Shown here one piece after another: positions 1 to 13,376 of a DNA stretch of 64,000 nucleotides (the first letter of the stretch is position 1; each line of letters starts with the position of its first letter). Position numbers and translations under genes: made by a program. The stretch lies in the NCBI GenBank assembly GCA_002104905.1, contig MCFE01000246.1, forward strand, positions 1 to 64,000, read 5' to 3'. The notes under the pieces are model-generated. The model made no database searches, had not been told where the DNA came from, and saw nothing but the letters and a program-made list of their open reading frames with translations. Source of the stretch: Basidiobolus meristosporus CBS 931.73. Its lineage: Eukaryota > Fungi > Basidiobolomycota.

Positions 1-379
1 TGACTCTTTCCAGGTTTATTCTTGTACTGGCAAAGATACTTTTCTGTCTTTGCAACAATTGACCACAGCATCTTCCTTATCAACTTCCTGCTTGTGGTGT
101 TTTCAGTAGTTTTGACTTTGGAAGCTGTTGTACATTGCCATCTCAGAGGATGCTTAACCTGAGACATACTTTTATTGAGAAAACAACCAAGCTTTGGTTT
201 ATATCCCAGTAGTTATCTCATGACAAGCTTAAGGCTCTGCTCCCATTCACACCAGCATAGAGACAAAACTCAAGTACTCCTAGCAAGCTTTTGCCGGATG
301 TGATCTCACCCAATGAGCACATCACACACAAAACACTTAGGAAGTGCTGGTTGTGTCTCTCCTATGGACTTATACAACA

Positions 380-700
380 CTACACCCACAGGGGGACTGG
401 AATCTAGCAGGGAGATGATCAACTGGCATATGTACCAAGCACAATAACTGTTTATCCATTACCTACATCAAAAGTTGCAACTGAAACTTTAAGCCAACAA
501 CATCAGCTGAATACCAGCAAGATATCATTATAATGCCAGCTGAAAGTTGGATGAATTGCAGGTTTGAGATTTTTATAGGGATATGCAAAGGTAAGTAAGC
601 AGGAGGTCATATTTTTTCTATTATAGCTGTAAATAGAATAGCCATGGCAGTAGTGGGTGAGCAAGTAAAGAGGGGTGTTGTGCATCAACATTTAAATCTA
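380..700 (+). mobile_element. Degenerate fragment of the CACTA-like transposon 3' region
   Basis: Matches 56050-56450 by eye (e.g. GGGGACTGGAATCTAGCAGGGAGA and GTAAGCAGGAGGTCATA vs GGGGACTAGAATCCAGCAGGGAGA and GTAAGCAGGAGGCCATA). Boundaries approximate. Confidence 0.5.
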
Positions 701-1156
701 GTCAATTTTACTCTGTTAGAATATCTAGTACCCTATCTACATCTCCCCAGCCCATACATAACTAATCCCACTTATGTTTTTTTTGTTAGTTCTCAGACAC
801 TATTTTAAGCTGTCACACCTGTTCAGTTTTCATGTGGACAATACATCCTCTATATATATACCAAGCCTTCTGGAGTGATTGGTGATCAAAGATCTATCCA
901 ACCACTTAGCAGTTGCCAAGACTTTAGCTGATGGATGTTACAATTTTCATTTATCATGTTCAACTATCAGCACCCAAATAGATCTTAAATCATCCAGTGC
1001 ATTAGTGCTTACTAAATCAACTTCATCAGAAAAGTATACATAAAGTTTAACAAACCTTCTGATTTAGTATGCATATCAACAAAATAAAGATTGTGCCTCA
1101 GCAAAACTAAATATGACAGTTTTTGGACAGTTCATCAACACAACTTGTTGATACTC

Positions 1157-3202
1157 CCCTATGAGAAATTATTGTGATGATCCCATCAAAAGACCATCAG
1201 AGATTCTAAGTCCTGTAACTGAGAGGTATTAATCCCATCAGGACTCTGTGCAAAGACTGTCAAAAAATAATTGCATCCCAGATTTCATAATAGACTTGGT
1301 CAAAATTTTCATCACAACAATACAAAAGTGGTATTTGATTGGTTCTCTGTCAGTTTTCTCACTTTCCAATCCCATACACTCTATCACCTCCTATATATGT
1401 GTGTATTGATTGGCTATTGCTTTGTTTTCATATTCCTTACTTCCTGGCTCAACCACTTCACTTATTGTTTGTGCACACAAATTGAGTTATTTTTGTTGAA
1501 AATTCAGTTTTACCTCAGTTGCCAATTGTATAGACCTATACAGGTCTCTATATCTTACACTAACATTAAGCACAACCCTACACTCAACAAGTAACTCCAT
1601 TAAAATACACCACTCTATAAATAGTTCTGCTGTAACACTTTGTTTCCATGACTTTGGCAGGAGCCCTACAGCTTTATGCCACAACTTATTCACTGGTTCC
1701 CATACATCCTGGTCTTCAGCATCCACTATAAGGTCTAGCACCTCATCCGCCAGTTTTTGCAGTAAATCCTTGCTATACTCAAGTGCATTTTCTGGAGCAC
1801 TGCTCTTGAAGAAGTGCTGCAACCTCTTGGTGTGCCTAATTATATTCCTAAATTCCACTGAAGGCATTGTGATAGCCTTCTGAGTTATGGAAGTTGTTAC
1901 TCTGTCAAACAGAAGGATCTCCACTCTGTCAATAATGGTAAATATGGAGGCTGTGGTAGACAAATTGCCCATCTCTGCAAACTCATCTACCTCACTGGAA
2001 TGTAGCTCAACAGGCTGTGCTTCCAACTTTTGCAAAATCAGCTGTTATCTTGTTGGTAATTATTCTTGGTGATGATGGGTTTCAGTCTGTTCCAGACTAA
2101 CAGCATTAATTGGCAAGAACCACAGTCTTATTGCATGTTACCCTGTCACTGGCTTGGGTTGACTTTTTCCCTTTACCTTTTGCTTTATCACTGCTAGGTC
2201 TTTCACCGCTACTTTGTCAGGGTACTGCATATAATGAACTGCATTTTCTTCTTGATTGATGTGGCTATAATGCATTTGTTTTGGCCTGCTTGTCCTTTGC
2301 TAGCAATATATTGGCAACCTGACATTTTTTGTCTGCTTGTTTCAAGCTCTCAGCCCATGCAGTAACAGGCTTCTGTAATAACCTCTTGTTTTATCACTGC
2401 CAGGTTCTTCACTGCTACCTTGGCTGAGTGCTTCTGTAATGGAACTAATCTTTTTCCCTGAAAAATGTTGTGCGGGTGCAACTGTGTCTGCCTGCTTTTC
2501 CTTTATTGGCACTCTTCCAGCTACCTGATGTCACTTTGACACTTGTTTGGAGCTTTTGGCCCTGCTTGTAACAGGCTATTGAAGAAGCCACCAGCTTTTA
2601 GTCATTAAACCCTTGTTCTTCTGCCACTAATGGCTTCTACTATTCTTGAGATACTTCCTTAGCATACCAATGCTTGCCTAAAATCTGTTTGCTAGGGTGA
2701 ATCCAGGATAATTTCAGTGGAGCAAGTTAAGCATGTTCTGCTTCTGTGTGGCCTTGATTTCCTGCTGATCCCATGGTAGGTCAGCCTTATGGTGTTGGTG
2801 TGCTAGGTTCTTGAATATTGGCCCACTCTTAATCATTGCACTCAATGGCTTTACAGATCTTCAATGACTTTTAATCTTTAGGCTTAGGTATAAACACTAC
2901 ATTCTCTCTCTCCTATGCTGTGTTAGGTTTTTCTATGGGCTTAATGCTTTTGCACAGTTTTGTGCTTCAAGGATTGTACAGTGCTCCTCTGCTGTTACAT
3001 TGAGCAATGGCTCAGTTCTTGGCTGTGTCATTGAGCTACTTGAGTTCTTTCTCTGCAGGAATGATATTACTTTATCTACCTGTGATATTGATTGTTCTAC
3101 ATCTTTTATTTGCCCATCCTGCTTCTGGACTATTTCCTGATTTCTCTGGGCCATTGCATCTATCCTCTCAGCCACGGCACCTAATTCCCTCAGTAATGCT
3201 TT
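1157..3202 (-). mobile_element. Left arm of a CACTA-like transposon: putative left TIR (CCCTATGAGAAATTATT at 1157) plus degenerate accessory gene
   Basis: 2040-3200 is homologous to the accessory genes at 31729-33170 and 51532-53397 (MAERIDAMAQRNQEIVQKQD). The 1157 motif is the reverse complement of the right-end motif AATTATTTTTCATAGGG at 37336-37352 and 56839-56855. Confidence 0.55.
1487..2035 (-). pseudogene. C-terminal open segment (182 aa) of the CACTA-like accessory gene, function unknown
   Basis: Collinear and downstream of accessory-gene remnants. Homologous DNA recurs at 17720-17800 (+) and 31140-31400. Confidence 0.45.
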
Positions 3203-5605
3203 TATTACAAGTCTTGATATAGGAGTTGTAGAGGAATAGGGGGTTTAGCTAGTATTGTATTTGCTAAAACATAAACTGATTTTATTGAGGTTTGAGCAGC
3301 TCCTTATACATTTTGCCAGATCAATTACTGATTGATTTCATTTCCTAATGTAGGTTGTGGCTGATGATTCATTTGATTGCATCATCATCACCCAATAAGA
3401 TCCTACTTAATATCTACTTCTGTCAGATAAGGATCTACTGATTTATTTGCTGACTAATGCCACTGATTGAATAGATAACACTCACATACTGATAGGCTAA
3501 ACATATAACTAACTGATTTGACTAAAAACTGATCCAACTTGAATATTCAAGCAGCTGATCATAACATTCTCCCCTACTAGAGTTGACAGGGTTCTGCTGA
3601 ATCTCTTTTCTTGTGATACCAATATCTTGATGGCTCAGTATTGTTGTCAAGTCTTGCAAGCTTGAGTCTGTCTCTATGAGCTAAATCTTCCCAGATATTG
3701 CATTGTTTGTCCACTAGTTGGTAAGTTGCCAATGGACATTCTCCAATGATCTTGAAAGGTCTGTCCATTGTGGCAAAAGCTTCTTCCAAGTGTTATTTCC
3801 CAGCAATACAATATCTAAGCTGTCAATGCATCTGGTGATACAGTTATATCAAACCTTGACTTCCACTTTTGCACACTTTGAGATACTTTGGCCTGTGCCT
3901 CTTAATGTCTTTGTTCCAGCTGCTGGTGTCTACTTGGCTGACTGAGCAGATCTTCTATGGCATTTGTAAGCTTTGGTTGTGTGAGATCTCCTGGAATCCT
4001 TGGTTCACATCCATTCACTAAGTAAAATGGCAATTGTTGGCTGGTGTTGTGCACTCTAACTCTGCAGGAAAAAAGAGCTTGCTCTATATATTCATCCCAT
4101 CTACTGACAATACCATATGTATACTTGGGCAGCATCTTCCAAATAATCCATTAAACTGCTTAGTGACTCCATTAGTTCTGGGATGATATGCTGAGGTTTC
4201 AAGTGTTTTATCAGCTGCATTTTGAGGTAAACTTCCAATGTCTTTACCACAACATTTACCCCTCTATAGGATAAAATCTCTGAAAGAAATCCAAGCTTCA
4301 TAAGGATCTCTTGGTAAATGAAACTTGCAACTTCTTGTTCACTGTCTACAGATACTGCTTTAGCCACTGGCTATTAGGTGGCATGGTCAATTGCTACAAG
4401 GATTCAGCAGTTGCATATCCTGGTGGTTGGTGGTCTTCCAATAAAGTTGATTCCCTATGTTTCAAGTGGTTGTACAGGCTCCAAGGGAAAGAGTTTGGTG
4501 ATTCTCTGTGCTTGGCCTTGGTTGATTTGGCAATTTGGGCATGATTTCACAATCTTCTAAATATCTTGTTTCCTTCTGGGCCATCATGCTCTGGCTTTCA
4601 CAAGGCTATAGGTTCCTTCAGTTCCAAGATGTCTATTTCCATTGTGTAGCTTATGTACTAAATCCAGGCAAGCAATATAAGGCCAATAGGCAACAGTGCC
4701 TCCATCAACAAACCAATAGAGTGTTTCATCCTGTTTGACAAATTTGCTGGCTTCATCCAAGATTATCATCTTAATCTCTACATCTACCTCATCAGGAATG
4801 GCTTGGTCCTCCAAGTGCTTTGTTAATAAGCTAGGCCAATATGATTCATGCACCAAGTGGAGTTGTGCAGCTTGTTCTAATCTTGATATGGTATCAGCAA
4901 CTGTGTGGTGTTTCCCAGGGTAGTCAACAATCTCTAAGTCAAATTCCTGAATGTATTTGCTCCATCTTGTCATTCTTCTGGAGAGTACCTTCTGAGTATA
5001 GAAATACTTGAGTGAGGCGTGATCTGTTGAGTTATTGGACTATCTGGTACCATTCAGCAGCTAAAATTTACTTAATAATTCTAAACAAGTCTTGATCACT
5101 GTAGGACTAACTTGCAGCCCTAACTTGGCTAGTTTCTTCAGATCTTTGAACCTATGATAATTCCCATAGAGGCAAGACCAAATTAACACTTTTGACCAAA
5201 TGTATGTACTAGCCCTGAAACTGTTACAGAATGCTCCTGAATGTTAAGAAAACCTCCTTGCTTAGTGTCACAGCTGTATTACTCCTACAAAGATATAAAT
5301 ACTGATCCTGTTTATGAATACACAACAGTTCAACTATTATCATTATTCTTTAAGATGTTCCATATATCCAAATCACTTCTTAAATTGCAACATGATCAGT
5401 CTTCACAGTGCACTTAACTCCTTCAATATAGTATCTCCAGGTCTTTGAGCAATATATTATGGCAAGCATCTTCTTTTCATGCTCTGGATAGCTCTGTTCT
5501 ATTGAGTTCAGTTTCTTGGACTCACAAACAACCAGGAAGTCCTTTCCCTCATTTTATAAGCTCAGTACTCCATCAATTGCATAGTTTGACGCATAGATAA
5601 TTGGA
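3203..5605 (-). mobile_element. Truncated, degenerate Gypsy family A copy (RNase H, integrase, PPT, 3' LTR at 3203-3566)
   Basis: ORF pieces [28 protein letters not shown] and DRLKLARLD match pol 13214-16018; the LTR matches 11459-11826. Confidence 0.9.
5025..5392 (+). mobile_element. Solo LTR of Copia family A (368 bp, TG...CA) with 5-bp TSD TGATC, inserted in Gypsy A RNase H
   Basis: TGATC at 5020-5024 and 5393-5397; the empty site GACTGATCATGCC is present in the intact Gypsy A; the sequence is the reverse complement of the LTR at 8507-8876. Confidence 0.85.
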
Positions 5606-5619
5606 GACCAGGCATGTCA

Positions 5620-6152
5620 TGTGATCATGACATTGTGTTGTTGGTAACATAAACATCTTGCAAACATATGCTAGGCTGCTGCCACTGCTGCCATGAATAC
5701 CTCTTGAATATCTGTAAAATACTCCTTGGTACTTAAACAATATGTTTCTTCTCCCTGATATATTCTAGTCCCCATACATGTATGCTCTGGCTCTTATTTG
5801 TAGGAACTTTGTGTTGAATAGTGTAGAAATCAGCTTGTGCCCAGTGGAGACCTGGCCAACTTTGGGAAAGGTGTCCTAATCAAAATTAGTTGGTTGTTGC
5901 GTCCAGCCCAACTGTGCATTATGTAACTGATAACTCATGTATTTGGGCAGCTAAGCTTCTTAATGCAACAGGCATAGATGTCTCCATGTCCACATCTGTC
6001 CTCAGTAATCTCCAACTCTTCCTGGCTGTCTGCCATGCAGTAACTCATCACATCCATGACAGACCTCAAGGCAACATTCTTGATGAGACTAGGATTTGGT
6101 AGTATATGCAACTAGACTTGTCTTCCTATATCCCCACACTGGTTGCTCCATA
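5620..6152 (-). mobile_element. Fragment of CACTA-like transposase 3' part
   Basis: Reverse complement aligns with 55690-56210 (PMERMCGEIGRQV region). Confidence 0.7.
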
Positions 6153-8876
6153 TATATAGTGTCTGGCAGATCCCCATTTAGAAAGGCTGTTTTGACGTCC
6201 ATTTAGTGAAGATCTACACTGTGTATAGCTGCCAGGTCTAGAATTGCCCAAATGGAGTTAAACTTCACAATCAGAGCAAATGTTTCCTTAGAGCCTATTC
6301 ATTGGATCTGGGAATAGCCTTTAGCCACCAATCTAGCATTGTACTTATCAACAGTACCATTTGAGGTTATCTTGATCTTGCAGACCCATCTACATTCTAT
6401 TGGCTTTCTCCCATTGGGCAAATCTACCAGTTCCCACATTCTTGCTTTGATCAGTGATTGGAACTATTCCTGCATAGCTTGTTGCCACATTGTAGTAACT
6501 GTACTTTGCATTGCCAGTTCCAGATTCTGAGGTTTGGCACATAAGGCAAGATAAGCTGCTTCATGATCATTAGATGTCTGCCACCAGGATCCAGGGGCAT
6601 TTCTTATTCTTGTAGATTTCCAAACTGGGATAAACTGCTCTGATCTGGAACTAGTAGAAATATCTTCTGTATCTGGCTGAATTTGGTACATATCTTCTTC
6701 ATTAGCGTTGATTACATCATCAGGCAGCTGGCCAATGATTTTTGTGGCTTTCTGATCTGAAATCTTCTCATATACAATATCCCTGCTCATTATCTGCTTC
6801 TAAATTTTGCCATCATACATTGTATACCCTTTAGTATCATGACAATACCAAAGAGAGATCCCTAATTACTCTTTGGTTCCAGCTTTGAGTGTTTTTTGTC
6901 AGGGATGTGATAAAAGACATCACTGCCAAAGATCCTGAGGTGCTGAAGGTCTGGTTTTTTGCCAGTAAATGCTTCAAAAGGTGTAAAATCCTGTAGTACT
7001 TTTGTTGGGCATCTATTCTTGATGAATACTGAGCTAGCAAGAGATTCAGCACTAAACTTGCGGTTCATTCCCTTATCATGTAGCTTTGATCTTCCCATCT
7101 GTACTATTGTTCTATTTGCATGTTCTGCTACTCCATTATGCTGTGGAGTATGTGAAACAGTGGTCTGCATAGTTATATCAGCAGATGCACAGTATTTTAC
7201 AAACTCCTTTGAGTAATATTCCCCTCCATTGTCTCTTTGTAGTAACTTCAATTTACACCCAATATGTTTTTCTGCCATGTTCATGAAGTGCTTATACATC
7301 TCTAAAGCCTCATCCTTTGTTTTGAGGAAGCATACCCATGTTTATCTTGTCTTGTCATCAATACGCACCATATAGTATCTCTTGGCTCCAAAGGACAGTG
7401 TTCTCATAGGCCCACATATGTCTGAGTGCACAATAGCCAATATTTTGGCAGTGTTAATGCCTTCTGAGCTTCTGAAACATTGCCTAGCTTGTTTGCCATA
7501 TGAAAGTTCCTTACTGACACTCAATCTGATTGGAGTTGAGTAATTTAGGCCTAAAACAAGCTCATTTTCATCAATTGGCTCATTTCTGTTCCCTAACATG
7601 CCCTAGCCTCCTGGGCCACATCTCCCAGTTGGTTTCATCAGTGTCAGCAATGTTGGCATACTCAGGTATAATATCCTTGCATTGTAACCTCTATATATGG
7701 TGATCTCTGATTCCCAAAGCTAATTTTTGTCCATCTTCACTCAATATGGTGCAGTTTAGCTTAGTAAAAGCAAATTTCAGTCCCTGAGCAGTTGCTTTGC
7801 TGACTGAGGGTAAGTTCTTAGCAACTCCAGGGACCTAGATTTTGTCAGTCTATTCCACTGCTGTAGCCTTGGAGATATCACTCATATTTAGTGGTACAGA
7901 CCTACTGGCAGTAGCTTCCAGTGCAGAGTTGTCTCCCAGATAAACCTTTCTTATGGGAATAGTCATAAGTTGCTGTACCACTCCTTTGTACCATCAGTAT
8001 GCTGCAATGCTCAAGAGGCAATACACCATTCATTACCTTGGTTACTTGCATGCTCTTGTATAGTTACAAACAACTGTTCATCAGTAATTATGTGGCTTGC
8101 CTGCTCCAGTTTCTGTTTCTTATCTGCTTGTTTCTGGTTGCATTCTCTTGCCCAGTGTCCTGCTTCTCACAGTAGTACAGCAACTAGGTTTTCTTTAGTT
8201 TTGTTGTTTCCCCTTCTTTTCTGTGCGCCTCTCTGAGCTGAATAATGGGTCCTCTTCAATTTTCTCTGCTTGATCATTACATCTGAGCTCTTCATGGAGA
8301 GGGCTTGCTTTGACATCATCTAAAGCCAAGTTATCTTCTCAGCTTTCAGAAGAAAGTATGAGTGGCTCATACTTGTCTGGTAGGCTGGAAAGTAGACAGA
8401 GTATCTTTTTTTCATCATTTACACCAGCATAAATACTTTTTGTATTGTTCTGTTAGCTGGTAGAAGTCATCTATGGAATAGATTAAGGCAATCAGGTCTC
8501 ATAACCTGTTGCAATTTAAGAAGTGATCTGGGCATAAGGAACTTATCAAGATATAGCAATAATAGTTGAGCTGTCAACTATTCATAAAGAGGATCAGTAT
8601 TTGTAACTTTGTAGAAGTAATAGAGCTGCAACACTAAGTACAGAGGGTTTATTGACATTCAGGAGCATTCTGTGACAGTTTCAGTGTTAGTACATAAAGT
8701 TTGGTAAAAAGTGTTATTTTGATCTTCACTATAAGGTAATAATCATAGGATCATAGATGTGAAGAAACTGAAATATTTGGGGCTTCAAATTAGTCCTACA
8801 GTGACCAAGACTAGTCCAGAATTAATAAGTAAAGCTTTAGCTGCTGAATGATACCCAATAGTCCTGTATTGCAACA
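6153..8876 (-). mobile_element. 3'-truncated Copia family A element (5' LTR 8507-8876, gag, integrase, start of RT)
   Basis: Integrase motifs IVHSDICGP, LQRDNGGEY and PQHNGVAEHANRT; RT MDVKTAFLNG remnant near 6200; PBS GGTTATGAGACC directly after the LTR. Confidence 0.85.
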
Positions 8877-9890
8877 GCCTGTGTATGCAAATGGAGCTGT
8901 TAGTATAATGGATAAGTATATAGAGCTAGCTCTTTTTACCTGCACAGTTAGAGTGCATAACACCACCCAAAAGTTGCCATTTTACTTAGAGTAAGGATGT
9001 GAACCAAAGATTCCAGGAGATTTCACACAATCAAAGCTTACAGACACTTCAGAAGATGAGCTCAGTAAGCCAAGTGGACACCAGCAGCCGGAAAAAGTTG
9101 TCAAGAGGCACAGGCCAAAGTATCTCAAAATGCAGAAAAGACAAAGCAGAGATTTGATAAGAATATATCACCACAAGCATTGACCGTTGGGGGTTTTGTA
9201 CTGCTGAGAGATAACACTTAGAAGCAATGTGAGCCACAATGTACAGAACCATTCAAGATCATCAGAGAATATCCATTTGCAACATACCAACTAGTGAACA
9301 AATAAGGGAATATCCAGGAAGAATTAGTTCATAGAGACAGACTCAAACTTGCAAGACTTGCTGATAACTTTGAGCCACCAAGATATTGGTATCACAAGAA
9401 AAGAGATAGAGGAGAATGCTCTCATCTTTGGTAGGGGAGAATGTTATGATCTACTGCTTAAATGTTGATGTTATATCACTTTTTAGTCAAATCAACTAGT
9501 TTTATATTTAGCCTACCAGCACATCAGTGTTATATATCAAATCAGTAGCATCAGTCAACAAATGAATCAGCAAATCCTTATCAGACAGAAGTAGATATAT
9601 TAAGTAGTATCTAATTGGGTAATGATGATGCATCAGTCTGCAGATGAATCAGCAGATCCTGACCAGACAAAAATAGATACTGAGTAGGATCTTATTGGGT
9701 GATGATGATGCAATCAAATGAATCATCAGCCACAACCTACATTAGGAAGTATAATTAGTCAGCAATTGATCTAGCAAAATGTATAGAAGGAGCTGTTAAA
9801 ACCTAAATAAAAGTCAGCTCATGTTGTAGTGAATACCATACTAGCTAACCTCCCTATTCCTCTGCAACTCTTATATCTAGACTTGAAACA
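8877..9890 (+). mobile_element. Old Gypsy A fragment: integrase end, PPT and an enlarged 3' LTR (9442-9890)
   Basis: Homologous to 15470-16396; PPT AGGGGAGAA precedes TGTTATGATC; the LTR has an internal ~80-bp duplication. Confidence 0.8.
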
Positions 9891-11458
9891 CATCACCATC
9901 ACCCTATTAAACTTTACTTGACATACTAAACACTGTGTGATAAGGATCTGCTGATTCATCTGGTCTCTTACACTACTGATTTGATCAATAATGGTGACAT
10001 GGATGTAGACTAAACTTAAAACTGATTGATTTGACAATAAACTTATCTTACTTTCAAGCAGAGCTTAAAACATCCTTCCCCACTAAAGCTGAGAGGGTTC
10101 ACCTGAATTTCTCTTCATGTGATATCAGCATCTTGATGGTTCAGCATTTTCTGTATGTCTTGGAAGCTTGATTCTGGCTTTATTAGCTGAATCTTCTCAG
10201 GTATTCCCCTGTCTGTCTACTTGTAAATAAGTTGCAATGGATTTTTTAATGTTCTTGTATAGTCCTTGCTCTGCTAGCTGACATTCCTTCCAAGTGGTGA
10301 TCTTTTGCAAAATATGGCTACCAATTAGCAAAGCCTCAGGTATTGATCAGTTTGTCTCTTAATCATTTCCAACTCCAATGGACCCATCCTGTGAGGTGTC
10401 TTGTTCACTGTGGGGCTATCTCCTGAATGTAAATCTCTTATATCTGACTGGTGGTAGGATTACAAGTTAATATGGAAATATGTCTTACCATTTCTTCTGA
10501 AAAGTCTGCATTTTCTGGATAACCAAAGTTAAGTGAGCATCATGTGTTACTACCATGAGAAGCATTTTGCTACCTCTCCAAAGTGCTTTGCAGAGCTGCA
10601 TCTTGCTAAGTTTACTTGTGTCAAACACACCATAAATGACTGTGATGAAGTCCAGCCTAGCTGGTAGTAGTTTATTGGTCTGGTTGCCTTTCTGAACCTG
10701 AGTGGCATGGAATCCCCAATTGACTGATGGATTACAGTTGAATAGCTATGTTCTTCCAAGCACCTGATCAAACTGCAGTTCCCAATTATGTGGGCCCGTA
10801 TGTCTTCTTTAGCATATTTGATCTTCATTCTCAATAGCTGAGTAGTGCCATTGAATATGTGAAAGTTCCAACAAGCTTCTGAAGCTAATATTGATTTGCA
10901 AGGTTGTAATGATCTTGGCAGATACTCCATGGATAAATCCATTCAAACATAATAGTTTTGCTGAGTTTGAGGTCATTTGGGATAAGTATTCTTCTATCTA
11001 GTAAGGGTCATCTCTTAGTCTTTTTCAAGATCATAGACTATATCATTATGCTCTTGAGCTTCATTATAGTTAAAGGTTCTTGCTGACTGGTGTCCATTAT
11101 TTCTTGGAGGGCAGTACCTTGAGATGCACCCATGCAGATGGCAATTGAAACAAATTTCTCTATTCTTACCTTCTGCTGAGCTGTAATTCTTCTGCATATT
11201 GCCTATTTCCATTGCCACTGCTTCTGATTGTCTTCTTTCATGGGTATTATAGCTTGTCTGATTAGTCACTGTGGACTTTCCAACCCAAAATATAATATAG
11301 TCACAATCCATGCCAATCATGATGGCTTCTTCAATAGTACACTTCCCAGAATATTCTTGCTTTCAACCCATCATTAGGGTTTTCAAATTGGCCAAGGGGG
11401 TAAATTTGCTCAGTCTGTGTAAGTTGACATCTAGGCCCATAGAGCCAAGTTCTCATTG
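9891..11458 (-). mobile_element. Left part of an old, internally deleted antisense Gypsy A copy (partial 3' LTR, pol and gag remnants)
   Basis: CFNCHLHGCISRYC knuckle remnant (11015-11320) and RRQSEAVAMEI. The copy continues at 16397-16999 beyond the young insertion. Confidence 0.75.
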
Positions 11459-11826
11459 TGTTATGATCTGCCGCTTGAATGTTTAAGTTAGATCAGTTTT
11501 TAGTCAAATCAATTAGTATATGTTTAGGTTATCAGTATATCAGTATTATCTATGAAATCAGTAGCATTAGTCAGCAAATGAATCAGCAGATCCTTATCAG
11601 ACAGAAATAGATATATTAAGTAGGATCTTATTGGGTGATGATGATGCAATCAAATGAGTCATCAGCCACAACCTACGTTAGGAAATACAATTAGTCAGCA
11701 ATTGATCTGGCAAAATGTATATAAGGAGCTGCTGGAACCTCAATAAAAATCAGTTCAAGTTTTAGTGAATACAATACTAGCTAAACTCCCTATTCCTCTA
11801 CAACTCTTATACCAAGACTTGTAACA
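11459..11826 (+). repeat. 5' LTR of Gypsy A (TATA-like TATATAA near 11718, AATAAA at 11742)
   Basis: Direct repeat of 16029-16396; TG...CA ends. Confidence 0.95.
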
Positions 11827-11827
11827 T

Positions 11828-11838
11828 TGGTAGCAGCG
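11828..11838 (+). promoter_or_regulatory. Primer-binding site TGGTAGCAGCG, complementary to the 3' end of initiator tRNA-Met
   Basis: Starts 1 nt after the LTR; eukaryotic tRNA-iMet commonly ends ...CTGCTACCA. Confidence 0.75.
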
Positions 11839-11885
11839 ATAACCAGAAACCTCCCTCCTGAAGAAAAGAAGAAACCACCCTCAAG

Positions 11886-13376
11886 ATGTCGCACAATCAA
11901 GAATGGAAGAATGCCATGCAGCAAATCCTGGCCCAACAGCAACAGCTACTCCAGATCCTCAGCCAACAGCAACAAGGAATGACTACCATGGCTCAGAGCC
12001 AACAAAGCCCTGTCAAGAGCAACTTTAGTGTGAAGGTCAACCAGTACCATGGCAGAGTCAATGAAAACCTGGGAACTTGGCTCTTTCAGATTGAAGAAGC
12101 TTTTAAAGCTAAAGGAATTGCTCCAGAGAGCAAGTTGCATTATGCAGCTTCTTACCTGGCAGATGCAGCTTTACAGTGGTACCACAACAAGATCAGGTCA
12201 GCTACTATGATGGGATGCTCTACAATCTCTACCTGGGATGAGTTTGTGTCGGAAATTCAGGATGCTTTTGAACCTCCACACCAGCAGACACTACTAAGAA
12301 GGAAGTTAAAGACACTCAGACAGAAAGGAATGGTGCAAGAATACATCTATGAGTACAGATGTCTACTTGGACAAATTGAAAGAATGGACCCCTTGGATCA
12401 AGTTGAATACTTTATTGATGGGTTGAAAGAAAGAACTCGCAAGGAAGTCAATTACCGAAGACCTCAGACTATTGAAGAAGCCATCAAGATTGCCATTGAC
12501 TATGACTCAGCTATGTTTGGAGTTGGGAAGCCTACAGTGACTAATCAGAAAGGCTATAATCATTATGAAAGAAGACAATCAGAAGCAGTACCAATGGAAA
12601 TAGACGCTATGCAGAAGAATCCCTCCTCAGAAGAATGCAAGAAGAGAGGACTTTGCTTCAATTGCCACCAGCAGGGACATATTGCAAAGTACTGCCCTCA
12701 GAGAAGAAATGGACACCAGCCAACAAGAACCTTCTACCATATTGAGTCCCATGAACACAGTAATGTGGAAGATGAGCTTGAAGAAGACTTGGAACTCACC
12801 TTCCATATGACAGAAGAGTACTTGTCCCAAATGACTTCAAACTCAGGGAAGTTATTGTACTTGAATGGAGTAATCAATGGAGTACCTGCCAAGATCATGA
12901 TTGACTCAGGAGCATCGCATGAATACATGTCAGAGCAGTTTGCTTTGAAAGCTGGAATCAACTCGGAACCTACCAAATCAACTTCAGTTTCCACAGCTGA
13001 TGGGAACTCCCACATAATCAACCGTATTACCCAGCCAGTAAGAATGAAGATCAATGACTATGAAGAAGACCTACAGGCTTATATATTTGGGAACTGCAAG
13101 TTTGACCTTGTACTTGGAAAAACCTGGCTATTTTGTCGTAATCATCAATCAACTGGAGAACCCATGCTACTCAGATTCAAAAAGACAACAAGACCTATGA
13201 GCTATTACCTGCCATGCTGGATTTCAACTTGGTCAATTCCAGTGTGTGTGAGACAAGTGAACTTAGCAAGACCCAGTTCTGTAGAGCACTTAGAAAAGGT
13301 ACCGAGATGTTCCTCATGGCGGTATTACAGGAGGATTCCTCTACCCCAGCACCCCAGCAGGTCCAGACTCTCTTGA
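11886..13376 (+). CDS. gag: Gypsy A Gag (capsid, CCHC knuckle) plus aspartic protease; out of frame after ~13143
   Basis: Retrotransposon capsid-like WLFQIEEAF...YIYEYRCL, knuckle [14 protein letters not shown], protease MIDSGASH. Confidence 0.9.
   Translation: MSHNQEWKNAMQQILAQQQQLLQILSQQQQGMTTMAQSQQSPVKSNFSVKVNQYHGRVNENLGTWLFQIEEAFKAKGIAPESKLHYAASYLADAALQWYHNKIRSATMMGCSTISTWDEFVSEIQDAFEPPHQQTLLRRKLKTLRQKGMVQEYIYEYRCLLGQIERMDPLDQVEYFIDGLKERTRKEVNYRRPQTIEEAIKIAIDYDSAMFGVGKPTVTNQKGYNHYERRQSEAVPMEIDAMQKNPSSEECKKRGLCFNCHQQGHIAKYCPQRRNGHQPTRTFYHIESHEHSNVEDELEEDLELTFHMTEEYLSQMTSNSGKLLYLNGVINGVPAKIMIDSGASHEYMSEQFALKAGINSEPTKSTSVSTADGNSHIINRITQPVRMKINDYEEDLQAYIFGNCKFDLVLGKTWLFCRNHQSTGEPMLLRFKKTTRPMSYYLPCWISTWSIPVCVRQVNLARPSSVEHLEKVPRCSSWRYYRRIPLPQHPSRSRLS

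Noticed and set aside
5025-5392. 3' LTR partner of the Copia A element at 6153-8876
   Set aside because: It is in the opposite orientation and has its own 5-bp TSD, so it is an independent solo LTR.
13135-13376. Programmed ribosomal frameshift between gag and pol
   Set aside because: Two sister copies have the extra C and a continuous frame, so a 1-bp deletion explains the overlap.
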